Translations under genes and position numbers: made by a program
DNA from: Paraspadella gotoi
Taxonomy: Eukaryota > Animalia > Chaetognatha
Assembly (NCBI GenBank): GCA_051294375.1
Contig: CM119265.1
Location: 21,390,278-21,454,277 of the forward strand
Length of the DNA: 64,000 bases
Direction of reading: 5' to 3'
Shown: piece by piece, positions 63,212 through 64,000 of the stretch
Layout of the letters: each line of letters opens with the position of its first letter
Numbering within the stretch: the stretch's first letter is position 1
Notes under the pieces: model-generated
Seen by the model: only the letters and a program-made list of their open reading frames with translations
Told to the model about the DNA's origin: nothing
The model's database searches: none

Positions 63212-63795
63212 TCACAGCAGCTGTTCGCCAATGTCCATGACGGCTTCGGTGGGCACCAAACCGTGCTTGCTGTTCCGACAGCAGACTATCCAATTGCCGT
63301 CCTGAGGCCGGAGTTGCACCAAAACATCCCCGGCCGAGAAGGACAGTTCGCGCTTGCGCAGTGCGGAGTAATCCTTCAACGCCACCACGCAGCGTCTGAA
63401 GGGTTTATAGAAGGGTAGATACTAGATAGTTCTGATGCAATTAAAGATAAATTAAAACCCCTCAACGGGTTTTTAAAATACAAGGAATATCCAAACATCA
63501 TTCTTCAATCATCAGATCTACTTCAAACCTGGAACCGGAAGTCACGTGCTCCGCGTAGCTGCAATCTTTGGTGGCGCTTTGGAATATGGAGACGTCCTCC
63601 CCAGGAGAGGGCAGATCGGACTGGGACGCCGCCGATTCGACGGGGGAGATGGAAGGGGGGAGGGGGGAAGAAGGGGACTGGGGAGTGGAAGGGGGAATGG
63701 GGGAGCAGGGGGACAAGGGAGGGGGGATGGGAGGTAAGGAGGAGGAGGAGGAGGATTTCGTAGTCACCGTCGGCTGGCTCTCGCTCTTCGTCACC
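63212..63795 (-). CDS. Last two exons of a protein with a Pro/Ser-rich region and C-terminal SH3 domain (5' part outside window)
   Basis: Exon ~63795-63530 is Pro-rich (LPPIPPPLSP). Exon ~63395-63212 reads RCVVALKDYSALRKRELSFSAGDVLVQLRPQDGNWIVCCRNSKHGLVPTEAVMDIGEQLL*, an SH3 pattern (ALxDY, ELSF.xGD, W, GLVP). Confidence 0.85.
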
Positions 63796-64000
63796 TAAGA
63801 AGAATTATTATACAATTATTTATAATATAAGAATAATATTAATAGATTGTAAAATTTTCACTGATTTAAACGACCATTAAAATGGTATTTTCAAGTTCCG
63901 ATTTGTTTAATTATGTTAACAAAAGTCAAAATGGCTAAAACCCACCACATTCCTTTTTTTAAAAAGGCTCTCTTTTTTTTTAAGTTCATGCATTTAAATG

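Overview
AT-rich, intron-containing draft animal (invertebrate-like) genomic DNA with N gaps and many AG/CT, AAAT, AAAG and ATCT microsatellites; most ORFs in the supplied track are repeat artefacts or single exons. Manual splicing gives five recognisable genes: a DDAH-family gene (+), TDP2 (-), a tetraspanin with a single-exon CDS (-), EDEM3 (+, long tail ending PDEL) and Lhx2/9 (apterous) (+). The 3' end of a Pro-rich/SH3 gene (-) enters at the right edge. Two small spliced secreted-peptide precursors missed or truncated by the ORF track lie in the left part (one Cys-rich with a GKK site, one Gly/Tyr-rich behind an RTKR site), plus an orphan coiled-coil ORF. Mobile DNA: a decayed Penelope-like element, Penelope-type terminal fragments with hammerhead motifs, a non-autonomous hAT-like element nested in a Helentron/DINE-1-like repeat, and tRNA-related repeats. 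The most striking observations are a sense-strand hammerhead motif locked inside a perfect 80-bp inverted repeat in an Lhx2/9 intron, a DDAH homolog apparently lacking its catalytic Cys and His, and the two orphan peptide precursors. All exon boundaries and alignments were made by eye, and reference sequences are recalled; no database search was run.
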